NCBI GenBank assembly: GCA_947053595.1 | Contig: CAMRSX010000004.1 | Location: 13,711-77,710, forward strand | Reading direction: 5' to 3' | Origin: an uncultured Clostridia bacterium | GTDB lineage: Bacteria > Bacillota > Clostridia > Christensenellales > UBA1242 | DNA: 64,000 nucleotides | Part shown: positions 24,819-37,100 of the stretch, one piece after another | Numbering within the stretch: position 1 is the stretch's first letter | Layout: every line of letters starts with the position of its first letter | Made by a program: the position numbers and the translations under genes | The notes under the pieces: model-generated | What the model was told of the DNA's origin: nothing | Databases searched by the model: none | Seen by the model: the letters and a program-made list of their open reading frames with translations, nothing else

Positions 24819-24856
24819 AAAAAGAACGCGCTTGAAAAAACTTGCGCGTTTTTTGT
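24818..24856. terminator. Bidirectional terminator between convergent genes
   Basis: AACGCGC-ttgaaaaaactt-GCGCGTT, flanked by A-runs and T-runs. Confidence 0.7.
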
Positions 24857-24979
24857 TGTTGTGCTTTGCTATCTTATTTGGTTTTGCTCTGGTTTTGCGT
24901 TTTTTGTTTTGTTTTTTCAAACTTTCATGATGTTTTCAAAAGGCATCAAAGTTTTGTGCTGCATTTTGCTTTTGCCTTT

Positions 24980-25441
24980 TTATTCCACCACAAAGCCTTC
25001 ACAAGGGAAGCTTTCTGCAAAGATGCCAGAAATGGAGGTGATTATGCTGTTGCACGCCTCAAACTCTCCGCTTTTGACAGACAAAAGCATCAGCTTGATT
25101 GTCAGAAGGTTTTCAAGCGCCACAAGTGTGAGAAAGGTGGTGTTTTCGTCTTGAGTGCACCTAAAGCGATGGTTTGCGCTTGTGCCAAACGTGCACTGCA
25201 GGATGTGCTTTGCCTCTTTTATGCGCTCCTTTAAAAGCTTGGCATCCAAAATTTTGTCCAATCGCACAAGGCATGCCTGCATCTTGCAAAGGATGACAGC
25301 CACCTCGCTTAGCAGCAGGTTGAACTCTTCTTCCTCTAAGCGAACAAAAACAAACCCTTTGTCTTTTAAGGATTTTGAATATGCCTTTGCAATTTGCTCG
25401 AAATTGGTGGGCAAAAGTTGGTCGTCATAGATATTTTCCAT
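24980..25441 (-). CDS. Hypothetical protein
   Basis: 153-aa ORF in a consistent minus-strand gene pair. No recognisable motif. Confidence 0.5.
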   Translation of the reverse strand: MENIYDDQLLPTNFEQIAKAYSKSLKDKGFVFVRLEEEEFNLLLSEVAVILCKMQACLVRLDKILDAKLLKERIKEAKHILQCTFGTSANHRFRCTQDENTTFLTLVALENLLTIKLMLLSVKSGEFEACNSIITSISGIFAESFPCEGFVVE

Positions 25442-25495
25442 GTGCTTATTTATGTTTTGCTTTCAAGTTGTGTGAATTTTGCTTTAGACAGTTTT

Positions 25496-26044
25496 TCAGT
25501 GCATCAAAAAGCGGATGACATCCATCAGACAGTTTTCCATGGCGTCTGAAAACACGCGATGTCTTTGGGAAGAATATGGCTCTGGCTGCTTTTTGATGTC
25601 AATCAAATTTTTGGCTTCAATACCCACAACATCCACAATCCCCTCGCAGATGAGGTTGGAAATCATCATCAGGGCATTGTCTTTGGTTATGGTTCTGTTG
25701 TGAAGAGCGGTCATCAAAATTTCTTCATCGTTGACAATTTCTTCAAGGGCGGGATTTAAGAAAAACTCCATCTTTTCCAGTGCAAACTCGTTGCCATTTG
25801 CCCCTGCAAGAATTTGCCAAGACATGTAATATGTGTAATTTTGCGACAAGAGATTTGGCACACCCTTGTTGAAAAAATATGCCACACAATCTTGTGCAAT
25901 GCAATCCCCCGACAGCGCCTTTGCGCACAAGTCTGCAAAAACATCGTTAAACGAGCCGTCAGAAATGCTGTCCAAAACCTCTTTTCGATTTTGAATGAAC
26001 CCTGCATATGCGTTATTGCGTGATGTGAAATCTTTATATTCCAT
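25496..26044 (-). CDS. Hypothetical protein with Sel1/TPR-like repeat
   Basis: 182 aa. ALSGDCIAQDCVAYFFNKGVPNLLSQNYTYYMSWQILAGANGNEFALEKMEFFL resembles Sel1-type repeats. Confidence 0.5.
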   Translation of the reverse strand: MEYKDFTSRNNAYAGFIQNRKEVLDSISDGSFNDVFADLCAKALSGDCIAQDCVAYFFNKGVPNLLSQNYTYYMSWQILAGANGNEFALEKMEFFLNPALEEIVNDEEILMTALHNRTITKDNALMMISNLICEGIVDVVGIEAKNLIDIKKQPEPYSSQRHRVFSDAMENCLMDVIRFLMH

Positions 26045-26124
26045 TTGATTTTTGTGCCTTTTCTTACAATCATTTTAACAAACTTCAGCAAAAAACACAA
26101 ACAAAATGACGCGCAGCGCCAAAT

Positions 26125-26628
26125 TTATGCTTCAGCTCTTGCAAATTTTTGATTTTTTGCCAACTCAAACGCCACAGAAATGCGCTTTTTCAACATTGGC
26201 TTTGCAATGCAAAAAACATCCAGCAAAGTGACAAGCGCGGCAACAAAAACAAAAATTCCAATTGGAATATTTAGAAAGCAGTTGATGCCGGCAAGCACAA
26301 AAATGGCAAAACTGAAGGAAAGTAGCGCTGACAAAAGCCCCCAACAAAGGCAAACAAAAATTTTTAGGCGCTGTCCACAAATCAACTCTTTGCTGAGAAG
26401 AAGCGCGCCTCTCACATCCATTTGCTGGCTTTGCAAGCAAATGCTTGGGGCAAGGCAGGAGTTTAGAAAAAACAGCACCCCAGGAACAACAAAAAAGCAT
26501 GCCCAAAACAGCGTCAGAAAAGCCCTTATCGCCCAAAGCCAAAGCAGTTTGCCCAGCCACAGAAGTTTTTGTTTTGTTTTGACTTTGGCTGTGGCAAGAA
26601 ATGTGAAGATTTTTGTTGCTTGAAACAT
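26125..26628 (-). CDS. Integral membrane protein (DUF975-like?)
   Basis: 167 aa with 3-4 hydrophobic helices. The competing overlapping ORFs in other frames lack such features. Confidence 0.5.
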   Translation of the reverse strand: MFQATKIFTFLATAKVKTKQKLLWLGKLLWLWAIRAFLTLFWACFFVVPGVLFFLNSCLAPSICLQSQQMDVRGALLLSKELICGQRLKIFVCLCWGLLSALLSFSFAIFVLAGINCFLNIPIGIFVFVAALVTLLDVFCIAKPMLKKRISVAFELAKNQKFARAEA

Positions 26629-26673
26629 AACAAAATTATTACAAAAAAAATGAGGTTTTATAACCCCATTTTT

Positions 26674-28122
26674 TTAAAGAATTGGTGAAAACAAGCGCAT
26701 CACTGCCTGAGCAAACTTGTTGAGCCATTTCTTTCTTTTAAAATACATCACGTCGGCAACTTGGCTGTGAGCAATGTCCTGTTGATAATATTCTTGATAT
26801 TGCTGATTTAAACTTTTGGAATACATGATGACAGTGTCCTCAAAGTTTAAGCCAAAAGAGCGATAATCCAAATTGCAAGTGCCCACAGAAAGCTTGTCGT
26901 CATCCACCACAATCACCTTGCTGTGCAAAAAGCCGTCATATAAATACACATCCGCGCCAAGCTCGGCAAACTCTTTCAAATAAGAAAGCGAAACCCAGAA
27001 AACGGTGCGATGGTCTGGCTTTGCTGGAAGCATAATCTTCACCGAAACGCCACTTGCAATGGCAATTCTTAGGGCAGACAAAAAGGTTTCGTCTGGCACA
27101 AAATATGGCGTTTGAATGAGAATGCTTTTGTTTGCACTGGCAATCATCTTGATGAACACCTCTTTGATTGCCTGCACAGGGCTGTCTGGCCCTGAAACCA
27201 CAACTTGAAGATAGGTGTCGCCATAGTTTTTTGGCACAGGAAACAGCCCATCTTGATAATATTTTGCCGAAGAATAGCTTTCTTTCTTGACATATCGCCA
27301 GTCGTTTAAGAAGATGTTTTGAAGTGGATAAACCCCCGTGCCTTCAATTCTGATGTGACAATCTCGCCACGGAGAAACTTTCTTCTTTTTGCCCATGTGG
27401 TCATCGCGGATGTTTATGCCGCCTGTGTAGGCAATTTGTCCGTCAATCACCACAATCTTTTTGTGATTGCGATAATTAAGCTTTAGGTTAATCATGCGGA
27501 TTCTGCCAAATGGTGGAAAAAACTCTGCCACTTCGCCGCCCGCTTTTCTCAACTTTTTGAAAAAACGTCTTGGGGCGTGCAGGCAGCCAATGCTGTCATA
27601 AATCAGCTTAACCTTCACGCCTTCTTGCGCTTTTTTAATGAGTGTGGACATAACCTTTTTGCCCACATTGTCATCTGCAAAGATGTAATATTCAATGTTG
27701 ATGCTTTCTTTGGCATTTTCAAGGTCTGTTAGCAGCGCCTCAATCTTGTCCTCGCCCCAGCAAAACAATTTGACATCATTAAACGGACACAACACGCTGC
27801 CATAGTTATAACAGCAGTTGATTAACCCCTCCTCCTTTGCCAGCTTGTGCTTTGCTTTTTCGTCAATGCGCAGATATTCTTCAATTTTTTCATTGTATTC
27901 CAGCTCATAAAGCTTGTGATTGACAATCAGTCTGCGCACGCGCACCGAAAGACCGCTTCCAAACACAATATAGAAAACATATCCAATGATTGGCATAAAT
28001 GTCAAAACAACCAGCCAGCTGATGATGGTGGAAAGTTTTTTTCTTTCAAAAAACACCATGGAGATGAACAACAAAAAGTTAAGCCAGATGTATGTGATGA
28101 AAATCCAAAACCAAATGTTCAT
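26674..28122 (-). CDS. cls: Cardiolipin synthase (PLD superfamily, two HKD motifs)
   Basis: There are two N-terminal TM helices. HKD motifs are NHKKIVVIDG and LHSKVIVVDD. 482 aa. The start ATG overlaps the giant gene's stop (TAATG). Confidence 0.9.
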   Translation of the reverse strand: MNIWFWIFITYIWLNFLLFISMVFFERKKLSTIISWLVVLTFMPIIGYVFYIVFGSGLSVRVRRLIVNHKLYELEYNEKIEEYLRIDEKAKHKLAKEEGLINCCYNYGSVLCPFNDVKLFCWGEDKIEALLTDLENAKESINIEYYIFADDNVGKKVMSTLIKKAQEGVKVKLIYDSIGCLHAPRRFFKKLRKAGGEVAEFFPPFGRIRMINLKLNYRNHKKIVVIDGQIAYTGGINIRDDHMGKKKKVSPWRDCHIRIEGTGVYPLQNIFLNDWRYVKKESYSSAKYYQDGLFPVPKNYGDTYLQVVVSGPDSPVQAIKEVFIKMIASANKSILIQTPYFVPDETFLSALRIAIASGVSVKIMLPAKPDHRTVFWVSLSYLKEFAELGADVYLYDGFLHSKVIVVDDDKLSVGTCNLDYRSFGLNFEDTVIMYSKSLNQQYQEYYQQDIAHSQVADVMYFKRKKWLNKFAQAVMRLFSPIL

Positions 28123-31100
28123 TATGCAGCGTCCTCCACAAGGGCAATGGAGATGATGTAAAGGGTTTCATCTCCCGCAAACTTCACATAAATGGTTTTG
28201 CTTGTTTGCCCATCTGGCTTTGCAACGGCTGTCACTTTTTCCAGCCCTTTTGCGGTTTGATTGTAATAAGAAATTGCGCTTTGCTCTTGCGAAGTTTTTA
28301 AAGCTTCTTTCACAGCGCCGTCCAGCACTTTTAAATCGATGGTTTCACCAGCGTCGTGCGCGGCAACACGTCCAACAAACACAACTTCAAACTCATATGC
28401 GTTGGCATCGCCCTCAAACTTGACAAACACAGTTTTGCTTGACACGCCAGCTTCTCTTGTGATGCTTTGCGCAACAACAAGGGTTTCTTTGTCAGAAACA
28501 TAATATGTCACTTTGCCTTCTCTTGTGCCAGAAATTGAGGTTTTTGCCCAATCGTCCAGTGTGTCAAGTTGAAGCTGTTGCCCAACATTAAGCACCACTT
28601 GTTTTTCAATGGCTGGCTTAACCTTGAAGGCAATGCTGAAGAGATAATAAGTTTCTCCTGCGTTCACATAGTAAGTTTTTGGTGCAACATTGCCTTGCAA
28701 TGCCACATTTTTAACCACCTGCAAAATGCCGTTGACAAAATGATTGAAGGTTATCACCGTGGTGGTTGTCAGTTTGTCTTTTTCGTTTTCAATGCCCGCG
28801 TTGATGACGCTTCTCACATCTGCCGCAATTTTTGAAATGTCAAATGCGGTGTATTCTTTGTCTGCGGTGTAAGTGAAGTTGAAGACGTCTGCATCAGAGT
28901 TGTAAGAATAAACCGAGCCGTCCGCAAGCACACCTTCCACATTTTCTGGCTTCTGCGCTTTTGAATATACATAGATGTTAAGCATCAATGTTGTTGTGAC
29001 AAGCTCGCGGTCTGCCGTTCTGTAAGTTACAACATATTTCTTTTGAATTCTTACATCTTTGCCATTGAATTGCACGTCATTTGAAACTGAAAGCAGATTG
29101 TTATCTGCGCGCTCTTGAATCAGCACAAAGGTTTGTGGTTTTTCTGGATATGTTTCTTTCCAGTTTGGTTTCACTTTGCCATCTGCATAGCCCAACAAGT
29201 TGGTTTCTTTAAGCCCCAACACAGAAAGGATGGCATTGTTTAAATCTTCCTTTGCAAAATATTGTATGTTTTCATTTTGGTTTTCAGACAATTTTTGGCT
29301 GACAGCAACATATGAGTTTTCTGTCCTTTCGCTGGCTGTGCTGCTGCCAACAACTTTAAACTTGACAACAAACTTCAAAACCTTTTCAGTCTCAGCAGCT
29401 GCATTTTTGACAATCAGCATATATTCAGCATCAAAGTTGGAGCCCACGCCCATGTTTGGAAAATGAACTTCGCTGAGCGCTCTGCCGTTTGAATCGAAGA
29501 AGGAATAGGTTTTGACAACGCTGCCGTTTTCGTCCTTTAGAACAAAGTTCAGTCCGCTGTCTTCCAAAGCCGTTCCCTCATCACCAAGCACGTTCTTAAG
29601 CTTATATTTGTTGTTTTGCCCCAAAGAAACGGAAGCAAAATTTGTCTGCCCATAAACAAAGATGGATGCATTTGCAATGTAATATGAAATCACACCGTCT
29701 TCTTTGCTTTCAACCAAGAAACTCAACTTGTGAAGATTGGTGCCTTTCAAAATAACTGGTGTGTCAGTTGTGGTGACTTCTGTGGAAGCTTTGTCAACGG
29801 TTTTGATTTGTCCGTTGGTTTTGATTGCCTTGCCTTCGCTCAGCAGCCACCATGTTTCTTCTTTGCCTTCTTCAACAATTGAAGCGGTTTGATTTTCTTC
29901 ATACTTAAATTCTTTGTAAACATCTCTGATGGAAGAAGCGGAAGAGTTGTAAACCATGACATTAAAGTTGAAGGCTTTATATTTAATTACTGTCTTGTTG
30001 TCATCTCTGTAAGTTAACACCACAGAAACGCTGAAGGTGCCAGCCGTGTTGAATGTCCAGCTGTCAACATTGTTGAAGTAAGCAAATTCAGTTTTCTTGT
30101 CAGAGTTGTTTGTAAGCATAACAACATGATATTTCTTGTTGTGAAGTTTTGAGAAATCCACTTCTCCAATTTCTGCACCATCAAACAGCTGATGCAAGTC
30201 AAGTGTGGTGCCCACGGTGCAAGCAAGTGTGTCTTGATGGGTGGCAGCAAATTCAACCGATTCTGAGTCTTCCAGCGCACCGCCTTGTGTGCCTTGATAT
30301 ATATAATATCCCTTTGGCACAACCACAATTCCATAATTTGCGTTGAAGTAAATTATGTTGCTCTTCAAGCCGCTGGAACCATTTTCCATCTCGCTGGATT
30401 GTGGTGTAAACAAGATGTTAAGTTGATGGAATGTGCCACCTGCCTTAACAACAACATCAATGTCGTCCACGCCAGCACCGCGCACATACGCTTCGGCTGA
30501 TTTAAGCACGTTGTTTTCGTTGAAGAAGAACTCAAACGAATTTCCTGTAATGCCGGCGGCACTTAATATTTCGGCATCAATGGAAGCAAACTCCAGTCTT
30601 TCTCCAATCATGCACTCCATTGCAATGCCATATTGCGCCTTAACAACTTCGTTAAACGCAAGTTTCACCACAAACAACTGCTTGTCAATTTGTGCATAAA
30701 CAATCTTCACATTGTCGTTTGTGCGATTGATGGATGCAATTGGCCTAAGGCTGCTGTCAAAATATTCCACCGCTCTGTCTGCAAATGTTCTGCCGGCTGC
30801 CACAGCTGCACTTGCCAAAACCTCTCCATCCAAAGTTGAAAGCACAAGGTTGTCATAGGTTGTCACAAATGGATAGCACTCAATTTCAAGTTTCTGCAAG
30901 TTTTGTGTGTCCGCAATTGTCACTGTCACATCAAATTTGTTGCCATTGCTTGAAACTGCCGAAACAGCAATACCTTCTTCTGGCTTGACAATCAAAATGC
31001 CGTCAGACAATGCAACGCCTGCGTTTTTGAGAAGAATTGCCACTGTTTCTGTTCCAACATATTTAAACTCAAAGGTTGTGAAGGTGTTTCCAAGATATTC

Positions 31101-34100
31101 AAATGTGACATCGCTGCCCAAAGTTGAAACCACATCCATAGAGCTTGCCTCAACAGTGTTGCCTGCCGCAAATGAAATTTCTGCTGCAAACTTTTGGGCA
31201 TTGAAATCGGTTGCAACCTTAATCACGCTTCTGCCGTCTGCTTGCTTGACATACACTTGGGTTTGCAAGCTTGAAAGCTGTGCAACAACAGCGCCTTGAT
31301 ATAACAACTGCAATTTTTTGTCAGCCGTCAGTTTGACTGCCGAAATTTGCTTGTCTTGCGAGCACGCAGCATCCACAAAGCATCCCGCAATTTGGAAGTC
31401 TGCGCCCAGCGCTGTCACCAGCGCTTCGTCAAGCAAGCCGTCAGTTCCTGCAATTTGATTGTTTTCGTTAAGACTGCCAATCAGCTGATAAACTTTGTCA
31501 AACTGCAAGGTTGACTCAACTTTCACAAATTGCACTGCAAAATTCAACCTCACAAATTTCTCGGTGCCGTCAAGCAGACGCGCAACAAAGTGAATTGAAT
31601 CGCCTTGCTCCAAAGTTACTTGCACTTCTTCTTTGTCTTCCACCATTTGGAAGAAGATAACAGAATATGTGTAATTGGTTTTTTGTGTAAACTTGATGAG
31701 GTTAAGTTCAATCTCTTTTCCTTCATCGTTGATGTAATAATATCTTGTGTTTTCGTCAAACTTGCCATAAAGCTCTTGGCTTAAGCTGCTGCTTTCGCCC
31801 AGCGCCGCATTGATTGACAAGTTTTCAAACTGGGTGCCAGCCAAAACAAGTTTAACTGTGCCCAAGTTTACATTGTGTGTTGAAGTCACCAAAAGCTGAA
31901 CTGCCTCACTGCATCTGAGCATTTTTCCATTTTCCAGCACAAACACAAAGCCAATGCCGTCATGTCCAATAAGCTCAACTTTTGCCGTTGCTCCGCCAGC
32001 TGAAATGGAATAGCTTCCAATGTTTTCTGTAGTGGTGTTAAGCGCCTTGGCAACCATGGAAGACAAACCTTTCATCTTGGTGATTGTCACAAAATTGAAG
32101 TTGTTTTCCAGCGTTTCTTCGGCTGGCTTTTCTTCGGTTTCCAAAACAAATTGCTCTTTTGAAATTTCAATGCCCTTGCTCATGTCAAACACAAGTGCAA
32201 CATCAATCACGCTGTCGCCAACTTCCACCTTAATGGTTGCCCGTGTGGCATTTTGAAGAGTTGCAACCACTTCAAATGCCACCTTGTTTTCTTCGCCGTC
32301 AGTTCCTTCGCCGTTTTCGTCAGTTTGGTCATTCTCGTCTGTTGCGTCTGGGGTTTCTGGAGCTTCCACTTGTTTGAGGAAGTTCACCCTCAGCGCGCCG
32401 TTTTCATACACAAACTGCATGTTTTCAAACAAAATTGTGTTTGTGCCGTTTTTGAGGCTGAAGTTGCAAAGGGTGCCCTCTTCAAAGCCCAGCAGTGTTT
32501 TAAGCATTGCGTCCAGCTCTGCCTTGGAAAGTTCTTCGCCAAAATATGATTTGATGTTCAGCGTTGGGTTGTATGCGCTTTCAAACGTCAACAGCGCTCT
32601 GCCATTGTTGTTTTCTGTTTCATATTCCACAAAGGTGTATGACAAATTTTTAAGCGAAATGAATGAGTTGTCGGACTTCTTAAGCATAAGCTCATAGCCA
32701 CCCTCGCCATCTTCGCGCAGCTGAAGCGCAGAAACTTCTGTCCTCACGCCGTTATATTCAAAATAGAAATGTGTGTTGGAAGAATTTACACTTTCGCTTG
32801 CAAGTGAGTTTTGCAGCAACTCCCAAATGGAAACCGCATTCAAACTTGAAAGAGTGAGTTTTTCACCCACAACCACATTGGAAGAAAGCTGCAGATAGTG
32901 ATAACCAATTTGATTGCCACCTTCTGTTGTCGTGCGTGTTTCCACAGGAATGGTTAATGTGCTGTTGAAATCTTGCATCTCAAAGGTGTGCACAACAGCA
33001 TCGCCTTTTTTAAGTCTAAATTCAAAAGCATTTTTTAAATGTAAATAATTGGATGCCACTTTGTCAAACTCAACTTCACTGTTGCCCTTTCTGAAAATGT
33101 AAGTTGCGTTGCAGTCTGCGGTTTGATTGAATGGCACATCCAGGGTGATTTCGTTGCGGTCTGGAAGATTGATGTCTTTCAGAACTGTGCCAAAGCTTGT
33201 CTTCACGCCGTTTAAGTTGATGCTCATCTCCAATATGCTGTCGTCAACATCTTCTGTTGTGCCATCTGCAAACTCCAGTCTGAATGTGCTTGCATAAGTG
33301 CCAGCATTTTCCCCCTGCAGTTTCGTCAGCACGCGAGAGATTTTTGAAACTTTTTTGTCAGAGTAATAATATTCCAACTTCACAGCTTCGCCAAGGTTGA
33401 GCGCAACCCTAACTTTTGAATCATATTCCATGTTGCCAACAAGGCTCAGGCTTTGCCCAATGGCAAGTGGATTATACACCATCGAGCTGCCTGCGCCCGG
33501 CTGCCAGCCATCTTCCATATCGCCGTTTGGCATCAGGCGGATGACAAAGGTGCTAAGCAAAATGTTGGTTTTGTCAGATTCATAATGTCCGTCATTGCCC
33601 GAAACTTTCATAAACACATTCACGGTGATGACATTGTCGGTGATTTTGAAATCTTCCGCAGTGGTGATGAGCCCGTTCTCGTCAATGAATGCCACACCAT
33701 CTTCTTTGTTGATGACAAACTTAAACTGATATGCGTTTGAAGTTGTAAGTGTTCCGCGGTCAGCAATTGATTGGTTGTCGTTCCATCTCAAAAGTTCAAT
33801 CTCTTTGCCTGCAATGCTTGCCCAGTTTTCAAGTGAAATCATGTAATATTGCTTGCCAGTGCCACTGTTGCCCACCTTGATGTAATTTTCCACAACAATC
33901 TCTTGTGGGTTGACTGCCCTAACATATTGTGGATGGATGGTGAACACCTCTTGATGTTGATATACAAATTGTGACTTTGCATTGCTTTCTGGGTTGTTTG
34001 CAATGTCATTGTTTGTGTCCTTATCTTTTGGATTGTATTGAATGAGGAAATACAAAATTTGTGTTTTTGTCAGCCCATTCAGCTCGTCAATGTCCGCAAT

Positions 34101-37100
34101 GTGAAGTTTCATATTATTTTCATATGATGCGATTTTCGTGCCATTCAAGTTGTAAGCATAAGTCACAAGTTTTTCTTCTTCATCCAAAACTTCCAGCCTT
34201 GTTGTGTCAGAACTGGTCAGCGCGCTGCCATTATACAAAATTGTTGGAAGTTGCTCTGTTGCCTCGCCGCCAATGGTGTGCTTGGTGATATAAACAAAGA
34301 AGAAGCTTTCTTTCTTAAGGTTTTTCTGAAGGCCCACAATGTTTTTGGAAATGCCTTCAAACTTGGTTGTGGCATAGTCTGCTGCGCCCGTTGCCTTCAC
34401 AATTTGGCTGTCCAAAAGGTCATAACGCTCAAACCAGCCTTCGCTCAGTTCTGCGTCGGTTGCCGTAACTTTGGTGTAAACCGTGCCAGTTTTGATGTAA
34501 TATGTTTTGCTGTAGTCACGCTCAGTGTCTGCAGTTTTAACATACATTGTCTTTTTGCCATTGCTGTTTGTGACAATGCTGTCAATTTGTCTGTCGCTGA
34601 CAACAAACTCAACATTTTCTTTCGGCTTAAGTGAAATTTCAAGCGTGTCATTAAGCACCTGTTTGTCGTCAGAGCTATTAGCCTCAGGAGCATCTCCGTC
34701 CAAGACATCTTTGGAAGAAAAGATTTTTTCATTAAACTCTCTTTGAATGGTGACAGTTGTTTCAATTTCGGCTGTTTTGTCATCATCTTCGCTCAGGCTG
34801 TCATCTTGCAAGGTGATTTTCATGACAACATTTTCAAGTTGTCTGCCTGTGCCAAACAAGATTCCGTCAATGTATGGCACAACAAATCTGCTTGCAAAGG
34901 CACCTTCCGTTTTTGAATATGAATAAATTGTCTTGCCCGTCCAAGTTGCATCCTCATACCCCATATATTCAAACGAAACATATTCGCCATTGTCCGCTTG
35001 ATAATAATAAGTTGCGCCGAGTGAAAGCTCGCCTGTTTCCACCACTTTGTAAGAGTATGCTGTGGAATCTGGCGAGGATTTTCCGGTGATGACCTCCCAG
35101 CTGTTGCCAGCTTTCTCAACAAATGAAACTTCTTTGCTGGTCATCAAGCTTGCGCCAATGGTGGTTTCACTTGCGAGTCCTTCCACATAAGAAGTGCCAA
35201 TCTGTTTGCCATCGTGGAAGAATTCCACTTTTTTTATGGAAATTTTGTTGACAGAAGAGGTGAAGTTTGACAACTTTTTGCTGTCTTGTTCTGTTGCAGT
35301 GCCAGTTATTGAGTTTATGTCCACAGCGCCAAGATTGTTGTCAAAAGCATACGCCTTGATGCCGTTGAGGTTCACTTTCACGCCATCGCCTTCAATGGTT
35401 GCAGGTGTTTCGTCCGCATTTGCAGTGTAAACACAAGCAAGCGTTTTTGTTACAACGTCTGATGAACCAGCTTCAACAGAAACACCAAATGTTCCAACTG
35501 GGTTGAAATTTTTCGCCTTGCCGTCATCAGACGCTGGCTTAACAAGCAATCTCAATGTGATTGTGGAGCCTTTAAATTTTTCTCGTTGAAAATCTTTTTG
35601 CTGTTTGTTTGGAGGAACGTTCAGTATATCATTATTAAAGTTCTCTTTATTTCCAAACACAACAGCATTTTCCGTTCCGGACAACTTCCATCCGTTTAAA
35701 TTGGCATCGCCAACATTGCCCGTGTCAGATTGACAATCACTGTCACTTAAAATTTTTAATAATGATATGTCATCTGCTGAAGATGGTATGTCATCTGCTG
35801 AAATTGTTTTGGTGATGGTTTGTCCTTCTGACAAATTGATGGCCTCGTTGTTTTGTTTTCCGCCAATGTAATAAGCGCCGGCATGTCCACTTTCATTTTC
35901 TTCAATTTCGCTGCCAACCTTAAGCATCAGCATTGCGCCTGCAATTTTAAATTTTGCATCATTGCTTTTCTTTGTAAGCTCAATTGTATTGTAATACCAA
36001 TTACTGCCTTCAGCTGTTGGTGCGTCATATTGGAATGGCTGATATACCATATATCTGGAATCGTCAGAAACGCTGGCTGATTCTGGTGTCACAAGGTTGT
36101 AATTTGCGCCAAACACAAAATCTTGTCCTTCACTCATCACACCAGAGTTGCTGACTGACGCAACCTTTGGATTGTTGGAAGAAACAATTTGGAAATAGAA
36201 CCTGCCCTTAAAGCCAAAGGCGTCTTCAAATTCCACCACAAAGTGTCTTTCACCCAGTGGCAGGCTGGCAACGCCAATAAGCAAGCTTCTGCCGCTTCCG
36301 CTGCCATTGTCTTTTCCCACGCCAACATACACTTTGTTTGCAACAGGCTCTTTATCATTTGTTGTCCAATACCCATTGCTATTTTCAATCCAGTTGTTGA
36401 CTGAAGAATTGCTGTTCCAGTTGTTGTATGTGCGCGAGCCTTCTGTGAGGCTGGTGGTGTATGTGAAGGTGAAGGTGTTTGCCAAGTTGTCTGACTGCCC
36501 TCTCATGTAAGCCACAATTTTTGAGTCTTCGCTGGAAGCGGTGTTGTAAAGCGTGATGACTTTGTTGCTGCCCAAACTTTCCAGTTCTTGCTGCATGATT
36601 TCGTCTGTAAGCATAAACATGGACGCCTTGTTTGTGGAGATTGTTCTGTTTTCCACAACTTCATCCACGCCGCGCTCTTCGGTGTTGAACACATTTTTGA
36701 AGCGAATCTCTGAATTTGGCAAAATTCTGAACAGCAAGTTGTGTGCAGTTGATGCTCTTTCGCCGTTGCCCAAATCCACAGAATAGGTGAGTTTCATCAT
36801 GACAAAGTTGCCGTCGTTGCTTGCGCCTTGTGCCTGAAGCCTCCAGTCTGTTGCACGGTCACTTGTGCCCTTGTTTCCTGTCAGGGTGACATAGTTAAGC
36901 TCGTTGGCTTCGGTGCTTCCAATTTGATTGATTTGTTCTGCCGCTTTTCCAGCACGTGGTGTTAAGCCTGTTTTGTAAACCACGTCCACATTGTTGGCAT
37001 TTGGGACGGCATTTGATGTGAGGAAGTTGTGAACCTTGCCTGCGGTGAGCGCAAGTTGATAATCCCACGAGCCAGCCTCATAGCCATAGCTTTCTGCCGA

